A DNA stretch of 64,000 nucleotides from Candidatus Oxydemutatoraceae bacterium (GCA_965220085.1 CBDCOZ010000003.1:736001-800000), one strand, 5' to 3'; numbered from the stretch's first letter, positions 39,635 to 51,110 are shown. Program-made: numbers and translations. The notes: a model not told the origin generated them from the letters alone.

Positions 39635-40975
39635 ATGTTTGCATCAATTCACTCCCTTAAAATTTGCGCGGCGATGATGCTCGCTTGCGCTTTCGCATTC
39701 GCCGCGAGCAGCGCGCAAGCGCAAACCGAATGCCCGACGGACAGGCCGCTGACGAACGGAGACGCTTGCGTTGCCAATTGTCCGGATGGGCGGGAGAATG
39801 TTCGCGGAATTTGCCGCGATGTCTGCGCCGAGGGGGAAATACGGCTCACCTCTCAAAGGCCGGGTGCGGAATGGAACACCGGGTGCTTTCCCGCTTCCGT
39901 AGGTCCAATTCTGGATGCCTGTGAAGACGCGGGATGGGCAGGTCGCGAGGATGCTGGGGCATTCTTCGGCCTCGGAGAAGTGATTTGCAGAATTCCCTCC
40001 GAATTGCTTATTAGCACCGGCACAGCCGCATCCAGCGGGTCACAATGTTATATGCATGGAGATACTAGCCCGGCCTGCCAAAGCATGTACGGCGACCCGC
40101 CGGTTTTTCCGAAAGCGACGGACCATCCCAATGTTAATAGATTCGACATTAACGGAAATGCCATTGGAGATCACTTTGTGGCAAATTGCGACCGGGATGG
40201 GAGTGTCCCCGGCGGTTATCCGCCGAACCACAACATTGGCGGCGCAATCGAATGCTCCTGCAATTTGGACTCGCACATCGGCGAGTATCCGGACTGCGTT
40301 GCCGCGCCGACTCTGACCCGCGCCCAGCGGGAGGCGGTTAGCGCATGCGTGAGTCAAGGGTGGACTATTTCCACTACCACCGCCCCCATCCAATGCGAAA
40401 TCCCGCTGACTTCGGGCGGGACGGATTATCCCGGCGGTTGCTTTTTTAGCGGGGGAGAGCCGTTGTGCGCGGAGGTGTTCGGAGAAGAACACGACTTTCC
40501 CGTCAGAATGCTTTCGGGGTTGGCGGGGAATCTTTTCAACGGCTTTAAAGCCATTGCCGACCTCTCCGGAAATCCCCTGTATATCAAAACCGCGGCGGGA
40601 GTTTATCGGGATGCGGTTTTGGCGCGATACGAAGGCGACTCGGACTATCTTGCCGGCCCGCTTGCTAACATAGAGGCCAACTCCGATGGCGACAACTCTA
40701 CCATTGTCATTACGGTGTCGGGGAAAGTGTTCACAGACAACGAGATTCCTTTTGATTATTCCGGAAGCGGGACAAACCAGGCGGCGCGGCTTGCGGCGTT
40801 GCCCGGGTTGATTACCGCGGCGTTTGCCATGATTCCGGTTCGGCAGCCGTATGTTTTCAACTGCGGGGAGGGCATGTCTCCGGCGGGTGCGAATCTGAAT
40901 GGGGCAACGGAATGCGTTCGCCAGACGAACCTGCGCTTGCGGCTGCGCCTCTTCCTTGAGGGCCCCCTGCGGTAG
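39635..40975 (+). CDS. Secreted cysteine-rich protein with about 110-aa insert and LRLRLFLEGPLR tail
   Basis: Signal ...AFAASSAQAQ; MYGDPPVFPKA, GGYPP.HN..G..EC.C, GANLNGATEC shared with 1672 and 5047. Confidence 0.8.
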   Translation: MFASIHSLKICAAMMLACAFAFAASSAQAQTECPTDRPLTNGDACVANCPDGRENVRGICRDVCAEGEIRLTSQRPGAEWNTGCFPASVGPILDACEDAGWAGREDAGAFFGLGEVICRIPSELLISTGTAASSGSQCYMHGDTSPACQSMYGDPPVFPKATDHPNVNRFDINGNAIGDHFVANCDRDGSVPGGYPPNHNIGGAIECSCNLDSHIGEYPDCVAAPTLTRAQREAVSACVSQGWTISTTTAPIQCEIPLTSGGTDYPGGCFFSGGEPLCAEVFGEEHDFPVRMLSGLAGNLFNGFKAIADLSGNPLYIKTAAGVYRDAVLARYEGDSDYLAGPLANIEANSDGDNSTIVITVSGKVFTDNEIPFDYSGSGTNQAARLAALPGLITAAFAMIPVRQPYVFNCGEGMSPAGANLNGATECVRQTNLRLRLRLFLEGPLR

Positions 40976-41007
40976 CGCGGACAATTCACATGCAGGATAC
41001 ATTAATA

Positions 41008-41670
41008 ATGTTTGCATCAACTCACTCCCTTAAAGTTTGCGCGGCGATGATGCTCGCTTGCGCATTCGCATTCGCCGCGAACAGTGCGCAAGCGCAAACC
41101 AATTGTCCGGATGGGCAGGAGAATGTTCGCGGAACTTGCCGCGCTGTCTGCGCCGAGGGGGAAATACGGATTACTTCTCAAAAGCCGGGTGAGGCATGGA
41201 ACACCGGGTGCTTTCCCGCTTCCGTAGGCGCAATTCTGGATGACTGTGAAGACGCGGGATGGGCAGGCCGCGAGGCGGCTTCAATCTACTCCCTCGGAGA
41301 CGCGGCTTGCGAAATTCCCTCCGCAATATTTACTAGCACCGGCACAGCCGTAAGCAGCGGGTCTGAATGTTTTGTGCATGGAGGCAAGAACCCGGACTGC
41401 AAAAGCATGTACGGCGACCCGCCGGTTTTTCCGAAAGCGGCGGAACATCCCAATGTTAATAAAATTGTTGGCGGAAATGCCCTTGGGGATTTCTTTTTTG
41501 CAAACTGCGACCGAGATGGGGAAGTCCCCGGCGGCTATCCGCCCGACCACAACCTCAACGGCGCAACCGAATGCGTATGCAATCCGAGTTCGCACTGGGG
41601 CGACTGGCCGAACTGCGCTCCGGGTCCGCGCTTGCGGCTGCGCATCTTCCTTGAAGGCCCGTTGCGATAG
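41008..41670 (+). CDS. Shorter secreted cysteine-rich protein with LRLRIFLEGPLR tail
   Basis: Paralog of 39635 lacking the second Cys module. Confidence 0.8.
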   Translation: MFASTHSLKVCAAMMLACAFAFAANSAQAQTNCPDGQENVRGTCRAVCAEGEIRITSQKPGEAWNTGCFPASVGAILDDCEDAGWAGREAASIYSLGDAACEIPSAIFTSTGTAVSSGSECFVHGGKNPDCKSMYGDPPVFPKAAEHPNVNKIVGGNALGDFFFANCDRDGEVPGGYPPDHNLNGATECVCNPSSHWGDWPNCAPGPRLRLRIFLEGPLR

Positions 41671-41944
41671 CGGGCGCTAACTGGCGCTTCCTCGCGGGAG
41701 AGTCGGCATAGCGTGGTTATGTCGGAGGCGTACGGCAAATGCGCTGATTCCGCATACATTCGCGACGGCGCGCCTCCCGCCTTAAACGTTGTCGGCGCGG
41801 CATCCGCTTTTCGGCGGCGAATGCGTGTCGCCGGAAGGCGCGGCCTGCGAACACGAATGCGGGCGGAAAGTTGTGCGGTAGTCGCTACCGCCCGCCGGTC
41901 AACCCGCAAAGGGAGCTGACTGGCGGGTAGCCTGACAGTAGCTA

Positions 41945-42256
41945 CCCCTAAGAAGCCGCACACAATCTAAGAAGCCACAAATAATTCAAGAAGTCGCACA
42001 CAACTTAAGAAGCCGCAAACAATTAAAGAGACCGCATACAACTTAAGAAGCCGCAAACAATATTCAATGAGACACAAACAGTTAAGTTAAGAACCCACAA
42101 ACAACATTTAATGAGACACAAACAATTAAGTATTGTTTGTGCTCCATCACCGTTTGTGCTCCATCACCGTTTGTGCTCCATCACCGTTTGTGCTCCATCA
42201 CCGTTTGTGCTCCATCACCGTTTGTGCTCCATCACCGTTTGTGCTCTCATTACCGT
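41945..42256. repeat. About 19-bp aagaagccgcaaacaa-type repeats facing six perfect 17-bp gtttgtgctccatcacc repeats (42135-42236)
   Basis: Direct inspection; same motif family as the tail-family leaders. Confidence 0.85.
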
Positions 42257-42323
42257 GCGCTATCGGAGAAGTGCCATGAGGTCCTCCTCGTCCGCTGCCC
42301 ACGAGGGGCGAATGTTGCTTGCG

Positions 42324-43918
42324 CTATCGGAGGGGCCCCTCCAAGAAGAGGCGCAGCCGCAAGCGCAGGTGTTCTACCAGATTGATTGTGATGGTGGCGG
42401 CGCGGGCGCTGGTATTGCGGATGATGGGTCGGTCATCTTCATCAAGGGCGCCGCTCGGCTCATCGCCATCGTCGGTTACTTTGAAGGTGAATGCGGCATA
42501 GCCGCTCTGGACGCGCTGCCCGCCCGCCGGCCAGTAGGCGATGGCGCCGATGTTGGCGGCGGTCACGCGCTGACCGACAGTGGCATCGGCGCCGCCCACC
42601 CGCAGGGTGCCGGCATCCGGCAGGCTGGCAATCTCCACGCTGGCCAAGTTGTCGCCGTCCTCATCGTCAAAGGGAAAATCTCTGACTGCGAATCTGAAAG
42701 GCCGGCTCATGGTGGCATCCGCCGACACATTTATCGTGCGGTCCCGGGGTATGGGCGCATCGCTGGCGTTGCGCACCCGGGCAGCTGCGGAGCACAGCCC
42801 CGTCACAGTCTCCGGCATGGCGTGGAGATCCATGAAACTGACGCAGACGCGGATGTACAGGCCGACATGCGCCTGCCGGGGAGTGAATGATCCGCCGATG
42901 ACCCCGGGTATGGCGGCGAAGGCGCCGTCCATGGCGGCGGATGACCGCCATTCCCACTCAAGGGTGCGCAAGTCTATGCCATTGGGCTCCACTATGCCGT
43001 CTCTTCTGGCAGACAGTACGGCATCCTCGGCGTAGGTCGGGGCTTCAACAGCGGTGGCTATGGTGGGCCCGCCGCTGGCGGCAATCTGGGCCAGCGATAC
43101 CAGGCGGATGAAGATGTGGTTGACGACGTTGGTGTCCCTGTTGTCGGTGCCATCGCTGCCATCATCGGTCACACTGAAGGCGATGGCGGTGTAAAAGGCA
43201 TTGGCATCATCAGGGTCGGTGGGTTGCTGGCCCGGCTCAGGGTAAAAGGTCAGAGCGCCGGCATTCAGTTGGGCCACGGTTATGGGGTTTTCGGGGACGG
43301 CGGTCAGGGCCGTGCCATTCAGGGCCAGTGTGCCAGCATTGGCCACTCGCGTCAGAGTGACACTGACCAGCATGTCATTATCGGCATCTTCAAAGGTGAA
43401 GTCGGTTGGCTGGAACTCGTAGGGATTCGCGGAAGTGGCGGCGATATTTACCGAAACGAAGTTGGCGGTGGGCACCGGCCGGTCGTTGATGTTGGCCACG
43501 GCAGGGGTTATCTGCCGGCATCGCTGCTCGTTGTTGCCGGCGTTGTTGGCAAACGATGCGCAGACCCGCAGAAACTTGCCCACCTCGTCATCGCCCGGAG
43601 TGAAGGCGGCGTTGGTCGCGCCGGCGATGTCGGCGTAGGCGCCGCCATTGCTGTCGGCCGCACTCCACTGCCAACTCAGAGCGCCCAGGCCATCGGCATC
43701 GGCTATGGCGGTGTTACCGCTGCCGCCGTTGGCGGTGATGACGGAATCCTCAGTGGGAACGGTTACGCCGCTGGCGTAGGTGACCCCCGGCATGCCGGTG
43801 GCATTCTGCGCTTGAACCTGAGTGGATACGATGCAAACCGCGAGCAGGATGCCGGCGGCTATCCGGCTAGCGGATGCGGCGAGGGGGGGGGGGGTAATAT
43901 AATATTTTGTCGGGTCAT
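42324..43918 (-). CDS. Secreted Ig/cadherin-like repeat protein with LRLRLFLEGPLR tail; frameshifted in poly-C (C12, 43883-43894), putative phase-OFF
   Basis: AGGAG-ATG at 43918 (MTRQNIILPPPP) stops early. The other frame gives ...IAAGILLAVCIVSTQVQAQ|NATGMP joined to ORF 43793..42324. Confidence 0.75.
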
Positions 43919-44249
43919 AGCATTACTCCTCATAGCGAATTTGGCATGAACATTATTAGCCTCCTGCGAGGCTACCCTGCGTTTAATAGTAAAAGTTGGC
44001 ATAAACATCATTCGGTCTCTGCGCAAAGCCTGCATTATACAGAATATTCCTCAAGTGTAAACGTCGTATTTGCGCCCATCATCGGCGCATCCTTAACATT
44101 ACCACAACGGCGGCTATTTGCAAACATCGCCATTTTATAATACCTTCCATTCTTGACCGGGCGGGGTCGATAGGCAAGTCCGGGCGGGGTTATTTGTCTT
44201 TAGCGGGTGAGTTGGTGTAATATACGAACTAAATTTGGCACTTTTACCA

Positions 44250-44270
44250 GAGCCCCGCAAGGGGTTTTTT
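44250..44270 (+). terminator. rimP-leader terminator/attenuator hairpin
   Basis: agcccc-gcaa-ggggtt followed by T-run just upstream of rimP-nusA. Confidence 0.65.
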
Positions 44271-44298
44271 GTTATCTGTAGTATTTGAGGCGGCTTTG

Positions 44299-44781
44299 AT
44301 GGGAAAAGAAACACATAACTTGACCGAGATTATCAGGCCTGTCATCGAGCGCATGGGGTATGTCTATTGGGGCATGGAATTTTTTTCTTATGCCCGGCGC
44401 GCGACCTTGCGGGTGATGATTGATCATGCCGACGGCATTACCCTTGATGACTGTTCTGCTGTCAGCGATCAGTTGAGCGGCGTATTGGATGTTGAGAATC
44501 CGATCAGGCAACCGTATGTCTTGGAGGTCTCTTCGCCGGGTATCGACAGAGTGTTGTTTGAAGTCGCGCACTATCGGCGCTACATCGGCGAGAAGGTAAA
44601 AGTGAGCGCTTATTCGATGATAGACGGGAGAAAAAATTTTTCCGGTTTGTTGAAGGCCGCGGAAGAAGATGCGATAACCGTCGAGGCGGACGGTGTTGAC
44701 GTGCAGATACCGTTTCGTTTGATTCGGCGGGGGCATCTGGTCTGTGGCAAAGCGCAATTGGAATCATGTAATGCGGAGTAA
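44299..44781 (+). CDS. rimP: Ribosome maturation factor RimP
   Basis: LRV.ID...GI..DDC..VS, Y.LEVSSPG.DR.L. Confidence 0.95.
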   Translation: MGKETHNLTEIIRPVIERMGYVYWGMEFFSYARRATLRVMIDHADGITLDDCSAVSDQLSGVLDVENPIRQPYVLEVSSPGIDRVLFEVAHYRRYIGEKVKVSAYSMIDGRKNFSGLLKAAEEDAITVEADGVDVQIPFRLIRRGHLVCGKAQLESCNAE

Positions 44782-44786
44782 ATACG

Positions 44787-46718
44787 ATGAAAGGAAAAGA
44801 AATATTGCTTATTGCGGAAGCGGTGCAAAATGAAAAGGACGTAAGCGAAGACGATATTTTCGGCGCGCTGGAAGCGGCGCTTGCGACGGCGGCGCGCAAG
44901 AGCCAGTCCGACATGATAGATGTTCGCGTGTCTATCGATCGCCAAACCGGAGACTATCGGGCTTTTCGCCGCTGGCATGTGCTGGATGACGAGGACCCCG
45001 AGTTTTGTTCGCCCGACTATCAGGTGCTGTTGAGCGCGGCGCGCAAACAAAACGATGCGCTCCGGGCGGATGATTACATTGAAGAAGAGCTGGACGGGCT
45101 TTCTTTCGGACGCATATCGGCGTACGCCGCCAAGCAGGTCATCGTGCAAAAATTGCGCGAGGCCGAGCGCAACCGCATCGCGTCTTTGTACCGCCCTCTG
45201 GTGGGCACGGTAGTGATGGGGGTTGCCAAGCGCGAAGAGCATTCGGGCTTGTATGTCGAACTGACCGACGGCATCGATGGCTTCGTCCCGCACGAAGAGA
45301 TGATTCCGCGCGAGACGATTCGCCCCGGGCAGCGGGTGCGGGCGCATCTGAAAGAGGTGCGCGAAGAGATGCGCGGCCCGCAGTTGATCTTGTCGCGCAC
45401 TTCCCCCGCATTGCTGATCAGCATGTTTCAGATAGAAGTGCCGGAGGTCGGCCAGGGCCTGATAGAGATTATGGGCGCGGCGCGCGACCCGGGCTTGCGC
45501 TCAAAGATAGCCGTGCGCTCCAATGATCCCAGTTTGGACCCGGTGGGCGCGTGTGTCGGCATGCGCGGGTCGCGGGTGCAATCGGTGTCCAATGAACTGT
45601 TTGAAGAGAAGATAGACATTATTCCGTGGGACGAGGACACCGCGAAGTTTGTGATCAACGCGATGTCGCCGGCGACGGTGACTTCTATCGTGGTGGACGA
45701 GGAAAAGCGCTATATAGATGTGGCGGTGGAGGAAAGCAAACTGTCGTTGGCTATCGGGCGCGGCGGGCAGAATGTCAGATTGGCAAGCCAGTTGCTCGGC
45801 TGGCATATCAACATCATTACGTCCGAAGAAGCCGAGCAGAAGCGTCGGGAGGAAACCTCCGCCTTGACCGAGATGTTTTGCGAAAGCCTTGATGTCGATC
45901 GCGAAATCGCAAACATTCTGGTGCAGGAAGGGTTCTCCAACATCGAAGAGGTGGCGTATGTCTCGCCCAAAGAATTGCTTGAGATCGATGAGTTTGACGA
46001 AAAGATTGTCGAGGAAATAAGCACGCGCGCCAATGATGCGCTGTTGAAGCAGGCGATCATGTCCGCTTCGGACGACAGCCAGAAGTCGCCGGATGATTTG
46101 TCCAAAGTGGAGGGCATGGATGAGGTGACTTTGCAGAGACTGACCGCAAGCGGGATCAAGACCATTCAGGATTTGGCGGATCAAGCGGTCGATGACTTGT
46201 TGGAAGTGAGCAGCATGAGCCGCGACAGGGCCGGCGAGCTGATCATGGCGGCGCGCGGGCTGGTGTTTGCGGAAGACGAGGGCGTTGCCGATGACGAGTC
46301 CGAGCACAGCGAAGACGAAGGCGTTGCCGCTGCCGAGTCCGAGCACAGCGAAGACGAAGGCGTTGCCGCTGCCGAGTCCGAGCACAGCGAAGACGAAGGC
46401 GTTGCCGCTGCCGAGTCCGAGCAAGATGAAGGCGAGGGTGTCGCCGTTGCCGAGTCCGAGCACAGCGAAGGCGAGAGTGCCGCCGTTGCCGAGTCCGAGC
46501 AAGATGAAGGCGAGGGTGTCGCCGTTGCCGAGTCCGAGCAAGACGAAGACGAAGGCGTTGCCGTTGCCGAGTCCGAGCACAGCGAAGACGTTGCCGATGA
46601 CGAGTTCGAGCACAGCGAAGGTGTTGCCGCTGCCGAGTCCGAGCACAGCGAAGACGAAGGTGTCGCCGAACCCGAACACGATGCATCGGATGATGCCGGA
46701 ATAAAAAACCGCGAGTAG
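44787..46718 (+). CDS. nusA: Transcription factor NusA with acidic tandem-repeat C-terminal extension
   Basis: ARDPG.RSKIAV, DPVGACVGMRGSRVQ, AIGRGGQNVRLA; about 11 EDEGVAAAESEHS-type units at 46272-46682. Confidence 0.97.
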   Translation: MKGKEILLIAEAVQNEKDVSEDDIFGALEAALATAARKSQSDMIDVRVSIDRQTGDYRAFRRWHVLDDEDPEFCSPDYQVLLSAARKQNDALRADDYIEEELDGLSFGRISAYAAKQVIVQKLREAERNRIASLYRPLVGTVVMGVAKREEHSGLYVELTDGIDGFVPHEEMIPRETIRPGQRVRAHLKEVREEMRGPQLILSRTSPALLISMFQIEVPEVGQGLIEIMGAARDPGLRSKIAVRSNDPSLDPVGACVGMRGSRVQSVSNELFEEKIDIIPWDEDTAKFVINAMSPATVTSIVVDEEKRYIDVAVEESKLSLAIGRGGQNVRLASQLLGWHINIITSEEAEQKRREETSALTEMFCESLDVDREIANILVQEGFSNIEEVAYVSPKELLEIDEFDEKIVEEISTRANDALLKQAIMSASDDSQKSPDDLSKVEGMDEVTLQRLTASGIKTIQDLADQAVDDLLEVSSMSRDRAGELIMAARGLVFAEDEGVADDESEHSEDEGVAAAESEHSEDEGVAAAESEHSEDEGVAAAESEQDEGEGVAVAESEHSEGESAAVAESEQDEGEGVAVAESEQDEDEGVAVAESEHSEDVADDEFEHSEGVAAAESEHSEDEGVAEPEHDASDDAGIKNRE

Positions 46719-46727
46719 CCAATATCC

Positions 46728-49142
46728 ATGCCGGAAACGACTATAAAGCAACTTGCCAAAACGACCGGTTTAACGGTTGAGGCGTTTCTCAAGCAAGTTC
46801 TTGCGGCGGGCTTGCCGAAGAAGACCGCCGATGGTGTTCTGACCGATGAAGAGAAGAAGCAACTCGCTCGCTTCATTCAAAGCAACAAGAAGGCAAAGAG
46901 CGCGCTTTCTCTTGGCGGCGGCAAAAGTCAGGATGTGCGCCGGAAGAAACACAAGCAGGTAAAGACCGCCCGCAGGCAGGGACAGACGGCGGCAACGGTG
47001 AGTGTCGAAGTGCGCGGGCGCAAAGCGCCTTCGGCGGCCGCAGCAGCCGCCAAGCGAGCCAAGGCCGACAAACCGCGAGTGAAAAAGAAACCGACATCGG
47101 CGACCGCCGGGTCGCCGCCGGCAAAGACTCCGGCAACCTCCAAGCCCAAGAAGAAAGCGGCGGCGAATAAAAAGCCCGATTCGTCGGCGCAGAAAAAAGC
47201 GCCCCAAGACGCTTCAAAGAAGGAAGCGAAGCCGTCTGATACGGCAAAGAAGCCGGTCGAGCGCAGACAACTGCGGATTGACGGCGCCAAGCGCAACAAG
47301 CGCAAGCCGAAGGAGCGTACGTTTGCTCCGCCGAAGCAGGTCAAGGTGGAAGGCACTCAGAAGCATGCGTTTGAAAAACCGACCGAGCCTGTCAAGCGCG
47401 CTGTGATGGTGCCGGAGAAGATTACGGTGGCCAATCTTGCGCAACGCATGGCGATCAAAAGCGGCGAGTTGGTAAAACTTTTGATGGACATGAATATGTT
47501 GGTCACGATTAATCAGGTGCTCGATCAGGATACCGCGATATTGGTCGTCGAGGAGTTGGGACATATTGCCAAGCCGGAGAAGAGAGACGACACCGAAAAA
47601 GAATTGGCGAAGAAGATGGAAATGGAACCGGGGGTATTAAAAATCCGTCCTCCGGTCGTTGTCGTCATGGGGCATGTGGATCACGGCAAGACCTCGCTGT
47701 TGGATTACATTCGCTCCACTCAGGTGACGGCCGGCGAAGCGGGCGGCATCACGCAGCACATCGGCGCGTATCATGTGGAGACCGACCACGGCATGATCAC
47801 GTTTTTGGATACTCCCGGGCACGAAGCGTTTACCGCGATGCGCGCGCGCGGCACCGGCCTGACCGACATCGTGGTGCTGGTCGTTGCCGCCGACGATGGC
47901 ATCATGCCGCAGACCATCGAAGCGATCGAACACGCCAAAGCCGCCGATGTGCCCATCATCGTCGCGCTGAACAAGATTGACAAAGAAGGCAGCGATGTTG
48001 AGAAAGTGAAGGGCGAACTCGCAAAGCACGGCTTGATTCCGGAGGATTGGGGCGGCGGCAATATGATGCTCGGAATCTCGGCCAAGACCGGGGAGAATGT
48101 GGACCATTTGCTGGAGGCGATCTCGCTGCAAGCCGAGATCATGGAGCTGAAGGCGAGCGAAGAGGGCGCGGCGGTGGCGACGGTCGTCGAGTCTTCCCGC
48201 GACAAAGGGCGCGGCGTGATGGTGACGGTGCTCGTCCATCGCGGCACTTTGAACAAGGGCGATATTTTGCTGGCCGGCGCGGAGTATGGCCGGGTGCGCG
48301 CGATGATAGACGAGCGCGGCAATGATTTGCAACGGGTCGGCCCGTCCCTTCCCGCCGTCGTATTCGGTCTGTCGGGGACGCCGGATGTGGGCGAGGAAGC
48401 GGTGGTCGTCGATGGCGAGCGCCGGGCGCGCAGTGTCGCCGAGCAACGGCGCGAAAAACAACGCGCGATCCGGTTGTCGGTGACGCCCGCGCACGGCGAA
48501 GAGTTGTTCGGTATTTCGGCGCAGGACAAAAAGGAGTTGCGCATCTTAATCAGGTCCGATGTTCGCGGCACGGCCGAGGCGTTGCGCGATTCGCTTGAGA
48601 AAATCGTGAGCGATGAGGTCAAGGCGAATATCCTGTCCAATCTGGTCGGCGGGATTACCGTATCCGATATCAATCTGGCGGCGGCTTCGCGGGCGATGGT
48701 AATCGGTTTTAACGCGCGGGCGGATGCTCCCGCGCGCAAAGCCGCCGAAGCGCAGGGGGTGACGATTCGCTATTACGGGATTATTTATGAGTTGATAGAC
48801 GACGTAAGGAAGATGATGAGCGATATGTTATCGCCCGAGGTCAAAGAGGAGATCGTCGGTCTGGCGACGGTCAAGGATATTTTCCGTTCGTCGCGTTTCG
48901 GCACGGTAGCGGGTTGTCGGGTCGTTGAGGGGATGGTCAGGCGCGGCAACCCGATTCGCGTGTTGCGCGATCAGATCGTCATCTTTGAAGGCGAACTGGA
49001 GTCCTTGCGCAGACATAAGGACGATGCCGCCGAAGTGAACGCGGGGACAGAGTGCGGCATTGCGGTGAAAGACTATAACGACGTCAAGGTCGGCGATCAG
49101 ATAGAAGTGTATGAGAGGATTGAAACGCCTCGTAATCTGTGA
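46728..49142 (+). CDS. infB: Translation initiation factor IF-2
   Basis: [35 protein letters not shown]. Confidence 0.98.
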   Translation: MPETTIKQLAKTTGLTVEAFLKQVLAAGLPKKTADGVLTDEEKKQLARFIQSNKKAKSALSLGGGKSQDVRRKKHKQVKTARRQGQTAATVSVEVRGRKAPSAAAAAAKRAKADKPRVKKKPTSATAGSPPAKTPATSKPKKKAAANKKPDSSAQKKAPQDASKKEAKPSDTAKKPVERRQLRIDGAKRNKRKPKERTFAPPKQVKVEGTQKHAFEKPTEPVKRAVMVPEKITVANLAQRMAIKSGELVKLLMDMNMLVTINQVLDQDTAILVVEELGHIAKPEKRDDTEKELAKKMEMEPGVLKIRPPVVVVMGHVDHGKTSLLDYIRSTQVTAGEAGGITQHIGAYHVETDHGMITFLDTPGHEAFTAMRARGTGLTDIVVLVVAADDGIMPQTIEAIEHAKAADVPIIVALNKIDKEGSDVEKVKGELAKHGLIPEDWGGGNMMLGISAKTGENVDHLLEAISLQAEIMELKASEEGAAVATVVESSRDKGRGVMVTVLVHRGTLNKGDILLAGAEYGRVRAMIDERGNDLQRVGPSLPAVVFGLSGTPDVGEEAVVVDGERRARSVAEQRREKQRAIRLSVTPAHGEELFGISAQDKKELRILIRSDVRGTAEALRDSLEKIVSDEVKANILSNLVGGITVSDINLAAASRAMVIGFNARADAPARKAAEAQGVTIRYYGIIYELIDDVRKMMSDMLSPEVKEEIVGLATVKDIFRSSRFGTVAGCRVVEGMVRRGNPIRVLRDQIVIFEGELESLRRHKDDAAEVNAGTECGIAVKDYNDVKVGDQIEVYERIETPRNL

Positions 49143-49510
49143 TGGCGCTGCCGAATAGGACCGCGCGAGTCGCCAACATGATGCGGCAAGAGATGACCAT
49201 CCTCTTGCAACGCGAAATCCGAGACCCCAGACTGGCCGCCGTCGCCATAACCGATATTGAAGTGAGCGCGGACTTGTCGTCGGCGCGGGTCTATGTGCAT
49301 GTCGCGGCGGGCGATGCGCGGGAAGCCTTGCGCGGCTTGGCCGCGGCGCAAGGTTTTTTCCGGAAAAGACTGTGTCAATTGTCGCAACTTCGGGTCGTGC
49401 CCGAGATGCGCTTCAAGTTGGACGATTCCAAGATCAAGGCGCAACGCATTGAGGAACTGCTCAACGACCCGCGCGACAAAACGGTTGCGGATGAGGATGC
49501 GGCTTCATAA
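49139..49510 (+). CDS. rbfA: Ribosome-binding factor A
   Basis: R..RVA......I.DPRL...IT..EVS.DLS.A.VY, LR.VPE..F..D.S. Confidence 0.93.
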   Translation: MMALPNRTARVANMMRQEMTILLQREIRDPRLAAVAITDIEVSADLSSARVYVHVAAGDAREALRGLAAAQGFFRKRLCQLSQLRVVPEMRFKLDDSKIKAQRIEELLNDPRDKTVADEDAAS

Positions 49511-49512
49511 CC

Positions 49513-50385
49513 ATGGACGGTTTGCTGCTGGTTAACAAACCCTCCGGCATCAGTTCCGGCAAAGCGGTGGGCCGGGTGATACGCCGTTTGGGCAAGGTCA
49601 AGGGCGGTCACAGCGGCACGCTTGACCCGCTTGCCGAAGGTTTGTTAGTCATCGGCTTGGGGTGCGCGACAAGAGCCTTGGGCCACCTTGCGGCGAAGCC
49701 CAAATGTTATCGCGCGACCGCTCGCTTGGGCGTGTCTACCGCCACCGGAGACCTGGAAGGCGCAATCGTGGCGCGGCGCGATTTTCACATGCCCGATCGG
49801 GAATGTTTGGCGTCTTTGTTCGCGGCATTGCAAGGCGAGATGTTGCAAACCGTGCCCGCCTATTCCGCGCTCAAGCAAGACGGCAAGCGGTTTTATGAGT
49901 TGGCGCGCGATGCGCAAGAGACGCCGCACCGGCAGCGGTGGGTGCGCATACATCGGCTGCAATTGCTCGCGGCGGAGAACGACCGCATCTCGTTTGATGT
50001 CGAGTGCTCCAAGGGGACATATATACGCAGCCTTGCCGAGGACATCGGTCGCTACCTCAATACCGTCGCATGCCTTGCGCGGTTGCAACGCACCGCGATC
50101 GGCGCGTTCGCATTGGAGCAAGCATTGCCGCTTGATGCGATTGAGCAACGCTCGCAAGAGGAGATCGCCGCGGCTGTTCTGCCTGTGGATCAAGCCTTTT
50201 GCGATTTGCCGGCGGCGTATTTGGATGCGACATCGGCGGCTGCGTTTTGTCACGGTCAAACTGTCGCACCGGTCGGCGCGCCGACCGAGGAGCGGTGCCG
50301 AGTGTACGCCGCCGACAAACAGTTTGTGGGCGTTGCAAGCGCGAAGGACGGCCTGCTCAAACCGCTGAAGGTGCTCAAGCCCTGA
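49513..50385 (+). CDS. truB: tRNA pseudouridine(55) synthase TruB
   Basis: KP.G.SS, GH.GTLDPLA.G, P.YSALK..G, CSKGTYIRSL. Confidence 0.95.
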   Translation: MDGLLLVNKPSGISSGKAVGRVIRRLGKVKGGHSGTLDPLAEGLLVIGLGCATRALGHLAAKPKCYRATARLGVSTATGDLEGAIVARRDFHMPDRECLASLFAALQGEMLQTVPAYSALKQDGKRFYELARDAQETPHRQRWVRIHRLQLLAAENDRISFDVECSKGTYIRSLAEDIGRYLNTVACLARLQRTAIGAFALEQALPLDAIEQRSQEEIAAAVLPVDQAFCDLPAAYLDATSAAAFCHGQTVAPVGAPTEERCRVYAADKQFVGVASAKDGLLKPLKVLKP

Positions 50386-50445
50386 TAGCCGCTGTGCGCC
50401 GGCAAACCGGACGGCGATAGTGCGAGCAGGTTACGATGCCGTCCG

Positions 50446-50690
50446 CGCTTTGCGACATGGAAAGACCGTGCGCACGGGCTCCGATAGGCATCCGGGCTTT
50501 GCGACATGGCAAGACCGTGCGAGCGGGCTCCGATAGGCGGCGATAGGCGAGGGTGCCCGGGCTTTGGAACAACCGGATTTCGCTAGGGCGATGCCGGCAA
50601 CTGTTGCAAAATAGCGACACCGTATTTTCGGGCGAGCGGGTTGCGATAGGCGACGAAGGTCGTTGGGGCTTTGCGACATGGCAAGAAGCG
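50446..50690. repeat. Degenerate repeats of about 50 bp (gctttgcgacatgg.aagaccgtgcg..cgggctccgataggc)
   Basis: Copies at about 50446 and 50496, partial at about 50630-50687. Confidence 0.6.
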
Positions 50691-50896
50691 GGCGGCGATG
50701 CTGTCCTTCTGTGCCGCCATGCCCCCTAATCCGCGCGATAGCGCAAATCTCCGGCGGCGGAGCAGGGGAGTGTTATGGGGGCCGGCATAGCACACTGCAA
50801 GCCCTGTCTTGGCAAGGGTTTCAGGGCAACGCATCCCGCGCATTGCCATAGATACCGTGCAAGCGCCAATGACATATGACATTGCCCCACGTGTGC

Positions 50897-51110
50897 GATA
50901 TGTCATGGCATCATACATACGCTTGCACATGACACGAATTTGTGATATAGTGCGATACTCGTTGCTTGCTTAAATATAGGAGATACGGCAGACACTTGTA
51001 GATGACTTGCATTTTGCGTTAGAGTACATAGCATTAAACAATCCACAAACAGTTTGTGGAGCACAATCGGTATTAAATGTTGCTTGTGTGCATATACCGC
51101 ATAGCTAAAT
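50897..51110 (+). promoter_or_regulatory. IS481 end (50897-50917) followed by tail-family promoter TTGCAC-17-TATAGT (50923-50951) and tccacaaacagtttgtgga palindrome
   Basis: Homology to the leaders at 3169, 37348 and 61951. Confidence 0.6.

Noticed and set aside
42135-42254. CRISPR or iteron array
   Set aside because: The 17-bp units are contiguous with no spacers, and there is no rep gene.
45501-46876. Long antisense ORFs with repeats (416 aa, 231 aa) and similar shadow ORFs across the window
   Set aside because: Antisense or alternate frames of strongly supported genes in GC-rich DNA, with no independent motifs.
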